Translations under genes and position numbers: made by a program
Assembly: GCA_041946805.1 (NCBI GenBank)
Contig: JBHGBC010000002.1
Coordinates: 82,354 to 146,353 of the forward strand
Direction of reading: 5' to 3'
From: a bacterium
Lineage (GTDB): Bacteria; Hinthialibacterota; Hinthialibacteria; Hinthialibacterales; Hinthialibacteraceae
Length of the DNA stretch: 64,000 nucleotides
In this document: positions 36,326 through 47,237 of the stretch, one piece after another
Numbering within the stretch: position 1 is the first letter of the stretch
Layout of the letters: every line of letters starts with the position of its first letter
Notes under the pieces: model-generated
Database searches by the model: none
Told to the model about the DNA's origin: nothing
Seen by the model: only the letters and a program-made list of their open reading frames with translations

Positions 36326-37627
36326 CTAATTTTTCTTGGGTTTGGAAGGGGGCTTGGCCGGTTTTTTCTCGGGCTTTTTCTCCGGAGCGGATTTCGCCGC
36401 GGGTTCCGCGGGTTTCTCAATGGGGGCGGGCACCGGGGAATATTGCAGCAGACGGGGGCGGAAATCCTCGCCGGTCACGGACTGAATCGCGTCCAGGATG
36501 ACGTTGAGATCCCGGATCACGATTTTACCCGAGATTTTCCCGTCCGGCTGCGCCGCGGCTTTCAGTTCCTCCTCGGAAGGCGCGTGTTTGCGGACCTCGG
36601 CGAACAGTTTGGGGATGATATCGGGATTGTGGCGTTTGACCAGTTCCATGATTTCATACGTGGCGAAGGCATAGCGCACCCGTTGCAGCACGCCCGCCGC
36701 CATACTGCTGGAGGTTTGATCCGTCGCGCTCTTGGGCTCTTCTCCGATCCATTGGACCAGGCGGACCAGGTGTTTCTTGCCTTCGAAGGGCTGAGTGCTT
36801 TGCGTCTCCAAGTAGATTTGAGCGGCGTTCTCGGACACGTAATTTTTGAGCGACATCCAGGTCAGGTACCCGCCCAGACCCGCGCTGAACCAGCGGATCA
36901 GGCAGAGGGAGGGATAGAGGTTCTCGCGGATCACCATCTCCAACTGGGTTTGCAGGCAGGTGGCGGCCATGATCGGAGGCATTTGGGGGATGTTATTCAA
37001 CGCCTCGGTCAGAAAGGTTTTGGCCGCCTCGAGATCATCCTCCGGTTTGTCGTTTTTCAGGATCACGGGCAGCAGGGGCGCGTCGACGGCGCTCTTTTTC
37101 GTTTCGCCCTTTTCGCTGAAGGTGATGCTTTTTTCCATGATCAGCTGGTTGTCCCCCGAGGAGCCCGGGATATACCGGTAACCCGGAATGCTGCCGCCGC
37201 CGTCCAGAAAGGCCTTCAAATCGTCCCGCCGCCAGATCTGGAGATGCCGCAGGTCGGGCGCGGGATTCCCTACCTCCAGGTATTTGGCCATGACCTTGGG
37301 CATGTCGTTCTTCATGAAATCCGAAGGCTGGGCGAGAGCCAGCTGCTGCGTCAGAAAGGCAACGATCTTCTCCTGGTTTTTGATCAACTGCTGGATATCG
37401 GTGTTGAGGTTCTCGGGATATTTTTTGAGTTGGCCGGTGTACCAGGGATGCAATTGTTTCACCATCGGCATCAGATCCGGCACACACTCGATTTTCACGC
37501 CGTTCTGGTCCAAAGCCGCCAGGGAAGGGATCTCCTTGGCTTGTCCGGGAAGGGAAAACAGGATCAGCGCCAACCATCCTGCCCACGCGGAAAAAACCAA
37601 TCGAAACGGTTGCTGAAAGTCTGACAT
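36326..37627 (-). CDS. Hypothetical secreted protein with Lys/Pro-rich basic C-terminal tail
   Basis: Start at MSDFQQPFRLVFSAWAGWLALILFSLPGQA (signal peptide). C-terminus …KPAEPAAKSAPEKKPEKKPAKPPSKPKKN. No recognisable domain. Confidence 0.5.
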   Translation of the reverse strand: MSDFQQPFRLVFSAWAGWLALILFSLPGQAKEIPSLAALDQNGVKIECVPDLMPMVKQLHPWYTGQLKKYPENLNTDIQQLIKNQEKIVAFLTQQLALAQPSDFMKNDMPKVMAKYLEVGNPAPDLRHLQIWRRDDLKAFLDGGGSIPGYRYIPGSSGDNQLIMEKSITFSEKGETKKSAVDAPLLPVILKNDKPEDDLEAAKTFLTEALNNIPQMPPIMAATCLQTQLEMVIRENLYPSLCLIRWFSAGLGGYLTWMSLKNYVSENAAQIYLETQSTQPFEGKKHLVRLVQWIGEEPKSATDQTSSSMAAGVLQRVRYAFATYEIMELVKRHNPDIIPKLFAEVRKHAPSEEELKAAAQPDGKISGKIVIRDLNVILDAIQSVTGEDFRPRLLQYSPVPAPIEKPAEPAAKSAPEKKPEKKPAKPPSKPKKN

Positions 37628-38465
37628 GACGGGTACTCCTTGGTTCGTTGGGCGGCCTCGATCGAAGGCTGGATTCATCCGGAATGGAGAGCTTGGGAGA
37701 TTCACGTTTCTCCACTACGCTCTACGGTATCGCCGAAGAACGCGAACCGGCAGCCTGAACCGTGTACCGTTGGAGAGCCATGCGGTGAAACCCTACGAAG
37801 CCTTCGCCCAGAAACCCTTTCCCCGGCGGCGGTCCCGGCTCGAACAGTGGGCTGACCGCAGCGGCCTGACCCGCCTCTTTTTGCGCGAGGGCCGGCGGCC
37901 GCAGGTCCGCGCCGCCGGCGACACGATCGTTTCGCCCGCCGAATGCCGTCTGAGGGAGATCCAAACCCTGCGCGGGGGCGGCGAGATCCTGGGCAAACAA
38001 GGTATCGCCCGGGCCGAGCACTACACCTTCGAGCAAATCGTCCATGGGTTGGAAATGCGCGAGGCCTTCGTGGACGGCTTGTGCTTCAACCTGTATCTCT
38101 CGCCCCTAAGCCTGCACTATCTGCTCTATCCGGTCAACCTGCGCGTGCTTATGATCCGCCACCATCCCGCTTTTTGCCGCCCGATCTGCTTCATGAAATC
38201 GGGCGAAATCCACAATGAACGGCTGGTGATTTACGCCGAAAGCGCCCAAGCCATTCCATTGGTGATCGTGCTGGTGGGATCCTTTCTGGTCAGCGGAATC
38301 GAATGCCTCGCCGAGGAGGGCGGCGAATACAGGGCGGGCGAGCTGATGGGCGGTTTCAAACTCGGTTCCACGGTGCTGCTGCTCTTCCCGCGGGACCGGG
38401 TGAAACCCCTGGCCCAGCCGCGCGGCCGCCTGTTTCTGGGCGAACCGCTGGCGCGCCTGGCGTAA
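37626..38465 (+). CDS. psd: Phosphatidylserine decarboxylase-related (small Psd/Asd type). True start probably internal (~37770)
   Basis: C-terminal FKLGSTVLLLFP contains the G-S-T motif where PSD proenzymes self-cleave to form the pyruvoyl group. The track ORF start overlaps the divergent upstream gene start, so a TTG/GTG start near LESHAV is more likely. Confidence 0.65.
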   Translation: MTGTPWFVGRPRSKAGFIRNGELGRFTFLHYALRYRRRTRTGSLNRVPLESHAVKPYEAFAQKPFPRRRSRLEQWADRSGLTRLFLREGRRPQVRAAGDTIVSPAECRLREIQTLRGGGEILGKQGIARAEHYTFEQIVHGLEMREAFVDGLCFNLYLSPLSLHYLLYPVNLRVLMIRHHPAFCRPICFMKSGEIHNERLVIYAESAQAIPLVIVLVGSFLVSGIECLAEEGGEYRAGELMGGFKLGSTVLLLFPRDRVKPLAQPRGRLFLGEPLARLA

Positions 38466-38468
38466 GGC

Positions 38469-39080
38469 CTACCGGTACAATCCTTTTTCCTCGATATAAA
38501 GACGCACCGGTTCCGGCACCCGGTAGAGGATGGATTTCCCCGTTTGGACTCGTTCGCGGATCATGGAGGAGGAGATGTCGATCCGCGGCATGTCCACATA
38601 GAGGATGCGTTCACCCTGTGGATCGTACCGCAGGTGGGTTTCGTGCCGGAAATCCGGCCGCGAGAAGAGGGCGATGGTGAATTCGCGCGTCAGGAGATCA
38701 CCGTCTTTCCAGGTGGGGATCTTGTCTTTCCAGTCGCCTCCGGCCAGGAAGAAGATTTCCGTGCCCGGCGGGTAATGGTCCCGGAAGTGGCGCAGCGTGT
38801 CGATCGTGTAGCAGAACTGTTTTTGCCGGACTTCGTAATCGCAGGTTTCGAAGAGGGGATTGGAAGCCACCGCCAAGCGCGCCATGGCCAGGCGGTCCGG
38901 GCCGGAGGCGACGTTCCGGTCTTCCTCCTTGTAATGAGCGTGGCCGCCCGAGGGAAGGAAAACGATCCGGGAGAGATTCAATTCCTCGAGGGCGGTTTGG
39001 GCCAACAGCAAGTGCCCGATGTGGATGGGATCAAAACGTCCCCCGAAAATGCCTATGCGTTCCCTATTTGGTTGGTTCAC
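38469..39080 (-). CDS. nadD: Nicotinate-nucleotide adenylyltransferase
   Basis: IGIFGGRFDPIHIGHLLLA (HxGH nucleotidyltransferase motif), …ISSSMIRERV… (ISST/SxxxxR motif). Confidence 0.85.
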   Translation of the reverse strand: MNQPNRERIGIFGGRFDPIHIGHLLLAQTALEELNLSRIVFLPSGGHAHYKEEDRNVASGPDRLAMARLAVASNPLFETCDYEVRQKQFCYTIDTLRHFRDHYPPGTEIFFLAGGDWKDKIPTWKDGDLLTREFTIALFSRPDFRHETHLRYDPQGERILYVDMPRIDISSSMIRERVQTGKSILYRVPEPVRLYIEEKGLYR

Positions 39081-39113
39081 CGGTTTCGAGAATCCCGCCT
39101 CCCTGGCTTAAAC

Positions 39114-40412
39114 CTATTCGCGGATGTGCCCGTCTCCCAGGACGATGAATTTCTGGCAGGTGAGTTCCACCAGGCCCATCGGCCCCCGGGCGTGGAGTTT
39201 GTCCGTGGAGATGCCCATTTCGGCTCCCAGGCCATACTCGCCGCCGTCCGAGAAGCGGGTGGAAGCGTTGACCATGACCGAGGACGAATCCACTTCGCGC
39301 AGGAAACGCTGGCTGGCGGCGTAGTCATTTGTGACGATCGCGTCGGTGTGGCGGGACGAATGCCGGCCGAGGTGCTCCAGCGCCTCGTCGAGGCTTTCCA
39401 CGATTTTCACGGCGACGATCAGGTCGAGATATTCGGTATCCCAATCGGCTTCCGTGGCGGGACGGACAGCGGGATAGAGGGCGCGGGTCTTTTCGCAGCC
39501 GCGCACTTCCACCCCGTGTTGGATCAAATCCTCCAGGAGATTTTTCAAAAACGCGCCGCTGTGGGCTCGATGGATCAAAAACGTCTCGGCGGCGTTACAC
39601 ACCCCGGGACGCTGGACTTTCGCGTTCAGGCAGATCTTGTGGGCCATGGCGGGATCGGCGTGTTCGTCCACATACACATGACAGTTGCCGTCGTAGTGCT
39701 TGAGGACCGGGATGGTGGCCAGCTCCACGACCGTTTCGATCAGCGATTTCCCGCCCCGGGGGATGATGACATCCACCAGGCCCCGCAAACGGCACAAGAC
39801 ACGCACCGCCTCGCGGTCGGTGGTCTCGATGAACGACACCGCCGCCGGGGGCAGGCCGCAATCCACCAGCGCGCCTTGCAGCAACCGCGCGAGGGCCCGG
39901 TTGGAGTGGATTGCCTCCGAGCCGCCGCGCAGCAGGCAGGCGTTGCCCGACTTGAGGCACAAGGCCGCCGCGTCGGCCGTCACGTTGGGACGCGATTCGT
40001 AGATCAGCCCGATCACTCCCAGCGGGACGCGCATCCGCCCCACGCGCATCCCGTTGGGCCGGACGGTCATGCCGGTGATCTCGCCCACCGGATCGGGCAG
40101 CGCCGCCACTTCTTCCAGCATGACGGCGATGGCTTCCAGCCGCTTGCCGGTCAAGGCCAGGCGGTCCAGCATCGCCGCGCTCAGGCCCTTGGCCTTGCCC
40201 GCGTTCAAGTCCAGCTGATTTTGCGCCTGGAGATCGGCCTGGCGTTCGCGAATCCGGCGCGACGCTTCCAAGAGGGCCTGGTTTTTCAACCGCGTGGAGA
40301 TCCGGGCCAGGGACACCGCGGCGGTCTTGGCCTCGCGCGCGGCCTCCTGAACATACGCTTCCACGTTTTGGATCGGGGGGGATTGCGTCACCGCCATGGT
40401 TTTCCTCGTCAT
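39114..40412 (-). CDS. proA: Gamma-glutamyl phosphate reductase
   Basis: Aldehyde dehydrogenase-fold ProA (…LIYESRPNVTADAAALCLKSGNACLLRGGSEA…, catalytic Cys in …PGVCNAAETFL…). Confidence 0.9.
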   Translation of the reverse strand: MTRKTMAVTQSPPIQNVEAYVQEAAREAKTAAVSLARISTRLKNQALLEASRRIRERQADLQAQNQLDLNAGKAKGLSAAMLDRLALTGKRLEAIAVMLEEVAALPDPVGEITGMTVRPNGMRVGRMRVPLGVIGLIYESRPNVTADAAALCLKSGNACLLRGGSEAIHSNRALARLLQGALVDCGLPPAAVSFIETTDREAVRVLCRLRGLVDVIIPRGGKSLIETVVELATIPVLKHYDGNCHVYVDEHADPAMAHKICLNAKVQRPGVCNAAETFLIHRAHSGAFLKNLLEDLIQHGVEVRGCEKTRALYPAVRPATEADWDTEYLDLIVAVKIVESLDEALEHLGRHSSRHTDAIVTNDYAASQRFLREVDSSSVMVNASTRFSDGGEYGLGAEMGISTDKLHARGPMGLVELTCQKFIVLGDGHIRE

Positions 40413-40531
40413 TCAGATCGATCGCCGGGACAGGCAATCAGCATAGGGGATTCACGGGCTTCGGACAACCCGGATGGTCCAGTCCGGATGGGCGGGCCGC
40501 GATGCGCGCATACCTCCCGGCATTTTCACTT

Positions 40532-43333
40532 TCAATACCGTTCCCGCGTGGGAAGTATACACGAAAGCCTCTTTTCCCCGCCATCCGCAAAATGCAGAAT
40601 GGCCTCTGCCATTGTTCCGCGTGGAACATACTGTTCCCGGAACCGGTTGCCCGCGAAGATCCGGAAAAACATAGGGCCATCCACGGGAATGGAAAACTCC
40701 CGTTCCTGTTTGTCCCACGAATAGGTGGAGGGATCATACCTCATCAACACGGCCTTCCAATCCTCGCTGGGCCGCGAAGACCACACGAATTCCCGGCCCG
40801 GCCCTTCCCTTCCCGGTGTGCACAAGGTGACGGCTTCCAGAGTGCGGTCCTGGCAATCCCGCCCGAGGATCAATCCGAATTCCAAATCCGCCAGGCGGTC
40901 GGCGCCCCAGCCGGTGGTTCCCACCGCGTCCAGATTCACTCCCGCGAACCAGAGGCGGGTATCGGCTTCCGGCCGCGCGATCCATACCGCCAACATGCCG
41001 AAGGCGATCAACGCGCACATGCCAGCCGATACGGACCACGCGGGAACCAACTTGGGAATCCCAAAACGTTCACGCGATTCGGTGGCTGAGATTCGTGGAT
41101 AAACAAAACCCGCAATCAGTACTATCCCCGCTGCCAGCGAAACCAGCCGCCCGGCCCAATCCACCGGCTCCAAGACATAACGCAATTCAATCCAGCCGTT
41201 GCCCGCGGCCACGGTGATGAATTTCCCCGCGTAGGGGGATTCATAGGGACGGATGTATTCAAGGATGGGGATTTCCTTCCCATTCTCATATGCCCGCCAT
41301 TTACGGTACCGCGAGATAGGAAACCGGACATGGACCGGCTGGGCGTACCCCTCCAGATTCACCGCCATGTAGCCATACTCCATCCGTTCCAGCCGGGCCT
41401 GGCCTGTCACGGATTCCAGTATCAAAAAAGGATCGTTCCGGTAGTTGCGGTTCTCGTACAGCACATAATCATTAAAGCGATGGATTTCGTCCATGCCCGG
41501 CACAGCCAGCACCCGGGTCCGATTGCCCCGCCCGATGCAATATTTCATGTGCGACAAGGCGGGGCTGGTCCAATCCACCCAGGCGGCGCGGGTCGATAAG
41601 ACTTGCGTAGGCATATACGGAGGTGGCACGATGCCATAGCCGTAAGCGATGGGGATCACGCTCTCCATCACGTTTGAACGCACGCCGACGCGCGGGGCGC
41701 TGACCGGCAGGAAAAAGGCCGCATCGCCGGGCGGCAGCGGTCCCCGCGCCGCAATGAGCGCCATCGCCTGTTCGAAAGCCCACCGCTGGCCGGGCTCGGC
41801 TGTACCCAGCGGGAATTGCCCGTCCCGTCCGGGGACATGCGGCAGCACGCGGGGCAAGGATTCCAGCACGGGAAGCATCCCCATCCCGGCGGCGGCCAGG
41901 AGCAACGTGGTGAACAGAGAAACGAACCCGGATGCATTCCCCGCGCCATTTTCCGGGTGGAAAACCGGGCCGTGTATCAACCCGCTTAAACCACGGAGCC
42001 TCGCGCCGGTTTGGGCGAGCAGCGGTTGGAGCATCCCTCCCGCCAAAATCGCTCCCCCCAATTTGGCGTAGCCGGGGAACCGGATCGAACGCACGGTATC
42101 GGCATACGCCGTCAACCACTCCGAGGGGAACCAGGAGTAAAACACATCCTGAATCAACGCCCAGTTCACCAGGGCTGACACCGCCAATCCCATGGCCGCG
42201 GCCCGGCCGGAAACCAGCCCCCACAGACAGCCGCCGAGCATCAAGAAAGTAAACAGGGGGAGGGTGTTGACCCAGGCCGTGCCGTCCCAAATCCCCTCGG
42301 CGATCCGCCCGGGTGAGGTCAATAGCGAGCCATAAGGCTGGATCCAGTCGAAACTCGCCAGGCAAGGGATCAGCCACCAGCCGCTCAGGAGGATCCCCAA
42401 TCCCACATAGAAGGCGTTCCGCAAGGCCGTATGGAGAAAGAGACGCGGATTGGGCGCGTGAAAATATAAAACGAGTGTGAGGATCGAGAGATTGGTCACC
42501 AACACCAGCAAGGAAAACACATGCGCCAGGATGGAGGCCGCCGCCAGCGCCGCCAGCAACGCCATCCAGCCGCGATGGACGGAGCGGCCAAGGGTTTCGA
42601 TAAATATCAAGATGGCAAAGACCACCAAACCCCCGCTCAAGGCCATCGGCCACACGCCGATCGAAAAACAAGCCCCCCAGCCGAAGAGGTCCATGGCCCC
42701 CACGTCCAGAAGAATCAGAAGCGCGGCCGCCGCGCCGCCCGCCACGCCGAACCAATACCGCCCCGCTGTATACAAGGCTCCGATCAACAGAAACCATGAG
42801 CAAAACACGGTGGCCTTGTATGCCGCCGGGACCGTCAAAAATCCCAACGAGAGCAGGCGCGTTACACAATACAGCATCACCCCACCAGGAGGATACAAAT
42901 CGTTGAGGGGCGTCCCGGAACCGATGGCCGAGGTCCAGGGCAACAGCGTTCCCTCCCGCCTGACGGCCAGTTCGGTCAGCCAGGCGCGCAACAAATGGGT
43001 AGTGTGATCGAAGGTGGCGGGAATCTCCACCATCCATGCCGAGCGGAACAGGTACAACGACAATCCGGTGAGGATCAGGGGAACACCGCCCTCCCGGATT
43101 CCGGATCGCGTCCAGCCAGGCGCGCGGTCCCAGACGAACAAGACCCACCGCGGCGTCAGGGCCAACAACAGGACGAACAGCAGGGACCGGGATAGATCAT
43201 GAAAGAAGGCGGGGGAGAGCAAGCCGGCGGCGATCCTCCCCTGTCCCAGGCTCCAAGCCAGGACGGCGGACAAACCGGTCAATCCGGCATGGATCCCTGC
43301 CGGATGTCTCCTCCACCAATCACGCCATGCCAT
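40532..43333 (-). CDS. 933-aa polytopic membrane protein (~14 TM) with large C-terminal extracytoplasmic domain; possibly GT-C/YfhO-like
   Basis: Long hydrophobic N-terminal half. No catalytic motif I can assign with confidence. Confidence 0.55.
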   Translation of the reverse strand: MAWRDWWRRHPAGIHAGLTGLSAVLAWSLGQGRIAAGLLSPAFFHDLSRSLLFVLLLALTPRWVLFVWDRAPGWTRSGIREGGVPLILTGLSLYLFRSAWMVEIPATFDHTTHLLRAWLTELAVRREGTLLPWTSAIGSGTPLNDLYPPGGVMLYCVTRLLSLGFLTVPAAYKATVFCSWFLLIGALYTAGRYWFGVAGGAAAALLILLDVGAMDLFGWGACFSIGVWPMALSGGLVVFAILIFIETLGRSVHRGWMALLAALAAASILAHVFSLLVLVTNLSILTLVLYFHAPNPRLFLHTALRNAFYVGLGILLSGWWLIPCLASFDWIQPYGSLLTSPGRIAEGIWDGTAWVNTLPLFTFLMLGGCLWGLVSGRAAAMGLAVSALVNWALIQDVFYSWFPSEWLTAYADTVRSIRFPGYAKLGGAILAGGMLQPLLAQTGARLRGLSGLIHGPVFHPENGAGNASGFVSLFTTLLLAAAGMGMLPVLESLPRVLPHVPGRDGQFPLGTAEPGQRWAFEQAMALIAARGPLPPGDAAFFLPVSAPRVGVRSNVMESVIPIAYGYGIVPPPYMPTQVLSTRAAWVDWTSPALSHMKYCIGRGNRTRVLAVPGMDEIHRFNDYVLYENRNYRNDPFLILESVTGQARLERMEYGYMAVNLEGYAQPVHVRFPISRYRKWRAYENGKEIPILEYIRPYESPYAGKFITVAAGNGWIELRYVLEPVDWAGRLVSLAAGIVLIAGFVYPRISATESRERFGIPKLVPAWSVSAGMCALIAFGMLAVWIARPEADTRLWFAGVNLDAVGTTGWGADRLADLEFGLILGRDCQDRTLEAVTLCTPGREGPGREFVWSSRPSEDWKAVLMRYDPSTYSWDKQEREFSIPVDGPMFFRIFAGNRFREQYVPRGTMAEAILHFADGGEKRLSCILPTRERY

Positions 43334-43887
43334 TCCGTGAATCCCCTTCCAGCCCGGTATCTGTTATATATATCCATAACCACGCGCGCGATGTATACCC
43401 GCGCGCGGGTGATCCTATATCCTGGCGAGGCAATGATATTCATCCCCCGCATTCACAGGGTGTCGTGCCATTCCGGATGGCAGGATCCGGGCGGCCGGCG
43501 GATCGCCCCTTGTCCAATACAGTCTAGGATCCTCATCGATTTTACAAGATCCAAATGCCGTGCCTCACGCAGCGGAATCGCAGATCCAGGTGACGTCATC
43601 TCCCCCCCGGCCGGGCGGTTGCATTGAAAGCCGGATCAGAGAGGCTGTATTTTTAGACCATATAAAAATAATTGGCACGGTGCGTCCGGTCTTCCCCGCC
43701 ATTTTCCCTGAAAGGACTTGCTGCCTGTTTCATTTTATTTTATTATGACAAAGTCTGTTGATATCACAACAAAAAAGCGCGGGATCAATCCCCGCGAATC
43801 CCTTGGGATTCAGGACCGTCATCAAGGCAAACAGAACGTATTCTGTGCGCTTAAAACCAACCATATTCTGGAGAGAAGGGGGACACC

Positions 43888-45294
43888 ATGAGCGAGAACA
43901 AAGTATCTCGACGTATATTCATCCTGAGCGGCGCGGCGGCGGCCATGGCAGGCTGCGCCAGCCTGCAGAAAACCCAAACGGCAGAGACCGCGCGCCGCGG
44001 CACGCCGAGCCTGAAACGGCTGGGATATAAATCACCCAACGAAAAACTGAACGTGGCGGCGATCGGCGCCGGCGGCAAGGGCGGCGGAGACATCGAACAA
44101 TGCGCGGGCGAAAACGTCATCGCGCTGTGCGACGCCGATTGGGACAAGGCGGCGGGCTCGTTCCGCAAATTCCCGAACGCCCGGAAATACAAGGATTTCC
44201 GGGACATGCTGGACAAGGAACCGGCCATCGACGCGTGCACCATCTCGACGCCGGACCATGTCCACGCCGTGGCCGCCATGGCCTGTATCAAGCGCGGGAT
44301 CCACGTCTACGTCCAAAAACCCCTGACTCATACCGTGTACGAAGCCCGGATGCTCACCGAGGCCGCCCGCGAGTACAAAGTCGCCACCCAAATGGGCAAC
44401 CAGGGCCATTCCGGCGACGGCGTGCGGGAAATGTGCGAAATGATCTGGGACGGCGCCATCGGCGATGTCCAGGAAGTCCATGCCTGGACCAACCGCCCCA
44501 TCTGGCCCCAGGGAATGCTCGAAGCCTGGAAAGACGGCGTGCCCAAACCCCTGCCCGAGGAACCGATTCCCGGCACCATGGATTGGGACGCCTGGATCGG
44601 CCCGGCGCCTTTCCGCCCCTACAACTCGGCCTACGCGCCCTTCAACTGGCGCGGCTGGTGGGATTTCGGCTGCGGCGCGCTGGGCGACATGGCGTGCCAT
44701 ATCCTCGATCCTGTCAACTGGGCCTTGCGGCTGACCGCCCCCATCAGCGTCGAGTGCGTCAAACAAGAACAGAACAACGACCAGACCTTCCCCACCAAGT
44801 CGATCATCAAGTATGAATTCCCGCGCCGGGGGGCCATGGGTCCCGTCACCGTCTATTGGTATGACGGCGGGCTGATGCCCGAACGGCCCGAGGGCGTCGA
44901 TCCCAACGTCCAGCTGGGGGACGGCGACAACGGCTCGCTGTTCATCGGCGCCAAGGGCATCCTCTCCACCGGGACGTACGGCGGCGGCTCGCGCATGATC
45001 GCCGGAGAAAACATGAAGGATTACAAGAAGCCCCCGCAGATCATTCCGCGGATGCCCGAGGGCGATGACGACTACCGCCAGAAGATCGATTGGATCAATG
45101 CCTGCAAGGGCGGTCCGGCGGCGGGCGCCAATTTCGATTATTCCGGCCCCTTCACCGAGTGGGTGGTGCTCGGCAACCTGGCCCTCAAGTTCCAGGGCAA
45201 ACTGGAATGGGACGCGGCCCACATGAAGGTGACCAACGTCAAGGAAGCCAACGAATGGGTGAAGCGGCCCTTCCGTAAAGGCTGGTCGTTGTAA
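43888..45294 (+). CDS. Gfo/Idh/MocA-family NAD(P)-dependent oxidoreductase with Tat signal/lipoprotein-like N-terminus
   Basis: SRRIFILSGAAAAMAGCAS (twin-arginine motif). NVAAIGAGGKGGGD Rossmann loop. …CDADWDKA…FRDM…HVYVQKP… typical of Gfo/Idh/MocA (GH109-like) enzymes. Confidence 0.8.
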   Translation: MSENKVSRRIFILSGAAAAMAGCASLQKTQTAETARRGTPSLKRLGYKSPNEKLNVAAIGAGGKGGGDIEQCAGENVIALCDADWDKAAGSFRKFPNARKYKDFRDMLDKEPAIDACTISTPDHVHAVAAMACIKRGIHVYVQKPLTHTVYEARMLTEAAREYKVATQMGNQGHSGDGVREMCEMIWDGAIGDVQEVHAWTNRPIWPQGMLEAWKDGVPKPLPEEPIPGTMDWDAWIGPAPFRPYNSAYAPFNWRGWWDFGCGALGDMACHILDPVNWALRLTAPISVECVKQEQNNDQTFPTKSIIKYEFPRRGAMGPVTVYWYDGGLMPERPEGVDPNVQLGDGDNGSLFIGAKGILSTGTYGGGSRMIAGENMKDYKKPPQIIPRMPEGDDDYRQKIDWINACKGGPAAGANFDYSGPFTEWVVLGNLALKFQGKLEWDAAHMKVTNVKEANEWVKRPFRKGWSL

Positions 45295-45331
45295 CCGTAC
45301 CGGGTTCGTACTACCTTCTCTCGAGGCAACA

Positions 45332-45358
45332 GCCGCCGGGCGACCGGCGGTTTTTTGT
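45332..45358 (+). terminator. Rho-independent terminator after the oxidoreductase gene
   Basis: ccgccgg-gcga-ccggcgg followed by TTTTTTGTT. Confidence 0.65.
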
Positions 45359-45570
45359 TGGATACCCTTCACTCCGGCCCTTTCCCATATAAGGAAGAGG
45401 GAGGGTTGGATGTGTTACGCGGCGCCAATCCATCCTACTTTTTCACCCCCTCCACACCTCCTCCAATCTGTGGGGGAAGGAATCCGAAAAAACCAGAAGG
45501 ACATGGCAGGGGCAATATGCCCACACCACAAAAAGACCGGTCGGGGGGGGTAAAATAGGCCCAAATAGGC

Positions 45571-45600
45571 AAAAAAAGGGTGGGAAACGAGTTTCCCACC
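45571..45600 (-). terminator. Rho-independent terminator downstream of ftsZ (minus strand)
   Basis: On the minus strand: ggtgggaaa-ctcg-tttcccacc followed by CTTTTTTT. Confidence 0.6.
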
Positions 45601-45771
45601 GGTCACAATCAGGACATCCTTGGGTAGGGATGTTTTGAGATCCGTGGTTTGGTTTGGTACGATCCGCCCGGCGCGTGTATTGGGCGAGGATGCGTGGGAC
45701 CCGAAGGTCCCACACATCCTACCTGTGACACACACCCAACCGTGCGGTACTCGGCGAATCGGGAATCCGGC

Positions 45772-47097
45772 TCAGCGTTCCTTGCGGATGCTGAACAGGG
45801 TCTTGGTCATGGGCGGCAGCCGCTTGCCCGGATCGGTTTTGGGCCGCGTATCCAAGACCGGAACCGGCGTGGATTTGGACGTTTCCATCAGGACCAGTTC
45901 CTCCATTTCGTGCTGATCGCCATCGACGGTGTCGCTGAGTCCCTTTTTCGTGTAGGGAAGCGGGGCCTTCAGGGGATTCTTCTGGATATGGACGCTGGGC
46001 CGTTCCTCGGCCTTGGCCTTGGGATATTCCCGCTTTTCCGTCTGGGTCGAGCCGGTGGCCAGGATAGTGACCTTCATCTCTTCCTGCAGGTCGGGATCGA
46101 TCACTACGCCGAAGATCACGTTGGCGTCGGCGTCGGCCTTGTCACGCACATGGCGGGTGATCGCCTTGTCGATCTCCAGCAGCTTGATGTCCGGGCCGCA
46201 GGTGATGTTGATCAAGATGCCCTTGGCGCCCTCGATCACCTGTTCCTCCATCAGCGGGCTGCAGGACGCCTGCTTGAAGGCCTCGTCCGCCCGGTCGCCG
46301 CCGCGGCCGTAGCCCACGCCCATGACCGCGCCGCCGGCGGTGTCCATGATCGCCTTGATATCGGCGAAATCGAGATTGATCAGGCCCGGGCGGGTGATCA
46401 GGTCGGCGATGGACTGCACACATTGCTTGAGCACGCCGTCGGCCACCCGGAACGCCTCGATCAGGGTGGTGTTTTCGTCCACCACGCTGATCAGCCGCTG
46501 GTTGGGGATGGTGATGAGCGTGTCCACCTTCTTGCGGAGAATTTGCTGCCCTTTTTCGGCGTGGTTGCGGCGCACGGAGCCTTCGAAATCGAAGGGCTTG
46601 GTGGTGATGGCCACCGACAAGGCCCCGATTTCCTTCACCACGTCGGCGATGACCGACGAGGCCCCGGTGCCCGTGCCGCCGCCCAGTCCGGCGGTGATGA
46701 ACACCAGGTCGGCTCCTTCGAGATTCTGGCGGATCACGTCCCGGTCCTCGTTGGCCGCCTGTTCGCCCAGGACGGGATTCGCGCCCGTGCCCAGCCCCTT
46801 GGTCACGCTCCGGCCGATGTGGATGCGCCGCACGGTCTTGGCCCGCTGGAGGGCCTGCAGGTCGGTGTTGATGATGATGAATTCCACGCCGTCCAAGGCC
46901 CCGTCACCCATCGAATCGACGGCGTTGCTGCCGCCGCCCCCGACGCCCACCACGGTGATCTTGGGGCCGCCGTTGGCCCCGAAGGTGTCCCGCGTGTGGT
47001 CCTCGGCGAATTCGATCGTCGGCTTGACCTTGGCCGTATGGTACTCCCGGCCTTCCATTTCTCCGTAATTCTGATCCTGGTTGAAGTCGATTCCCAT
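45772..47097 (-). CDS. ftsZ: Cell division GTPase FtsZ
   Basis: KITVVGVGGGGSNAVDSM (tubulin GGGTGTG signature region …AGLGGGTGTGA…). 441 aa. Confidence 0.95.
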   Translation of the reverse strand: MGIDFNQDQNYGEMEGREYHTAKVKPTIEFAEDHTRDTFGANGGPKITVVGVGGGGSNAVDSMGDGALDGVEFIIINTDLQALQRAKTVRRIHIGRSVTKGLGTGANPVLGEQAANEDRDVIRQNLEGADLVFITAGLGGGTGTGASSVIADVVKEIGALSVAITTKPFDFEGSVRRNHAEKGQQILRKKVDTLITIPNQRLISVVDENTTLIEAFRVADGVLKQCVQSIADLITRPGLINLDFADIKAIMDTAGGAVMGVGYGRGGDRADEAFKQASCSPLMEEQVIEGAKGILINITCGPDIKLLEIDKAITRHVRDKADADANVIFGVVIDPDLQEEMKVTILATGSTQTEKREYPKAKAEERPSVHIQKNPLKAPLPYTKKGLSDTVDGDQHEMEELVLMETSKSTPVPVLDTRPKTDPGKRLPPMTKTLFSIRKER

Positions 47098-47237
47098 CTT
47101 CGTGTCCCTCCCGTGGTTTTATTCAAACGATGCCTCTTTGCACACCCGTTGGCGGTATCCGGCCCGGTGCGCGCCCTCAGCCCCGGCCGGATTCCAAGAC
47201 GGCCCGGAATCCGGACCGTCTTGGAACGCCGTTCCTC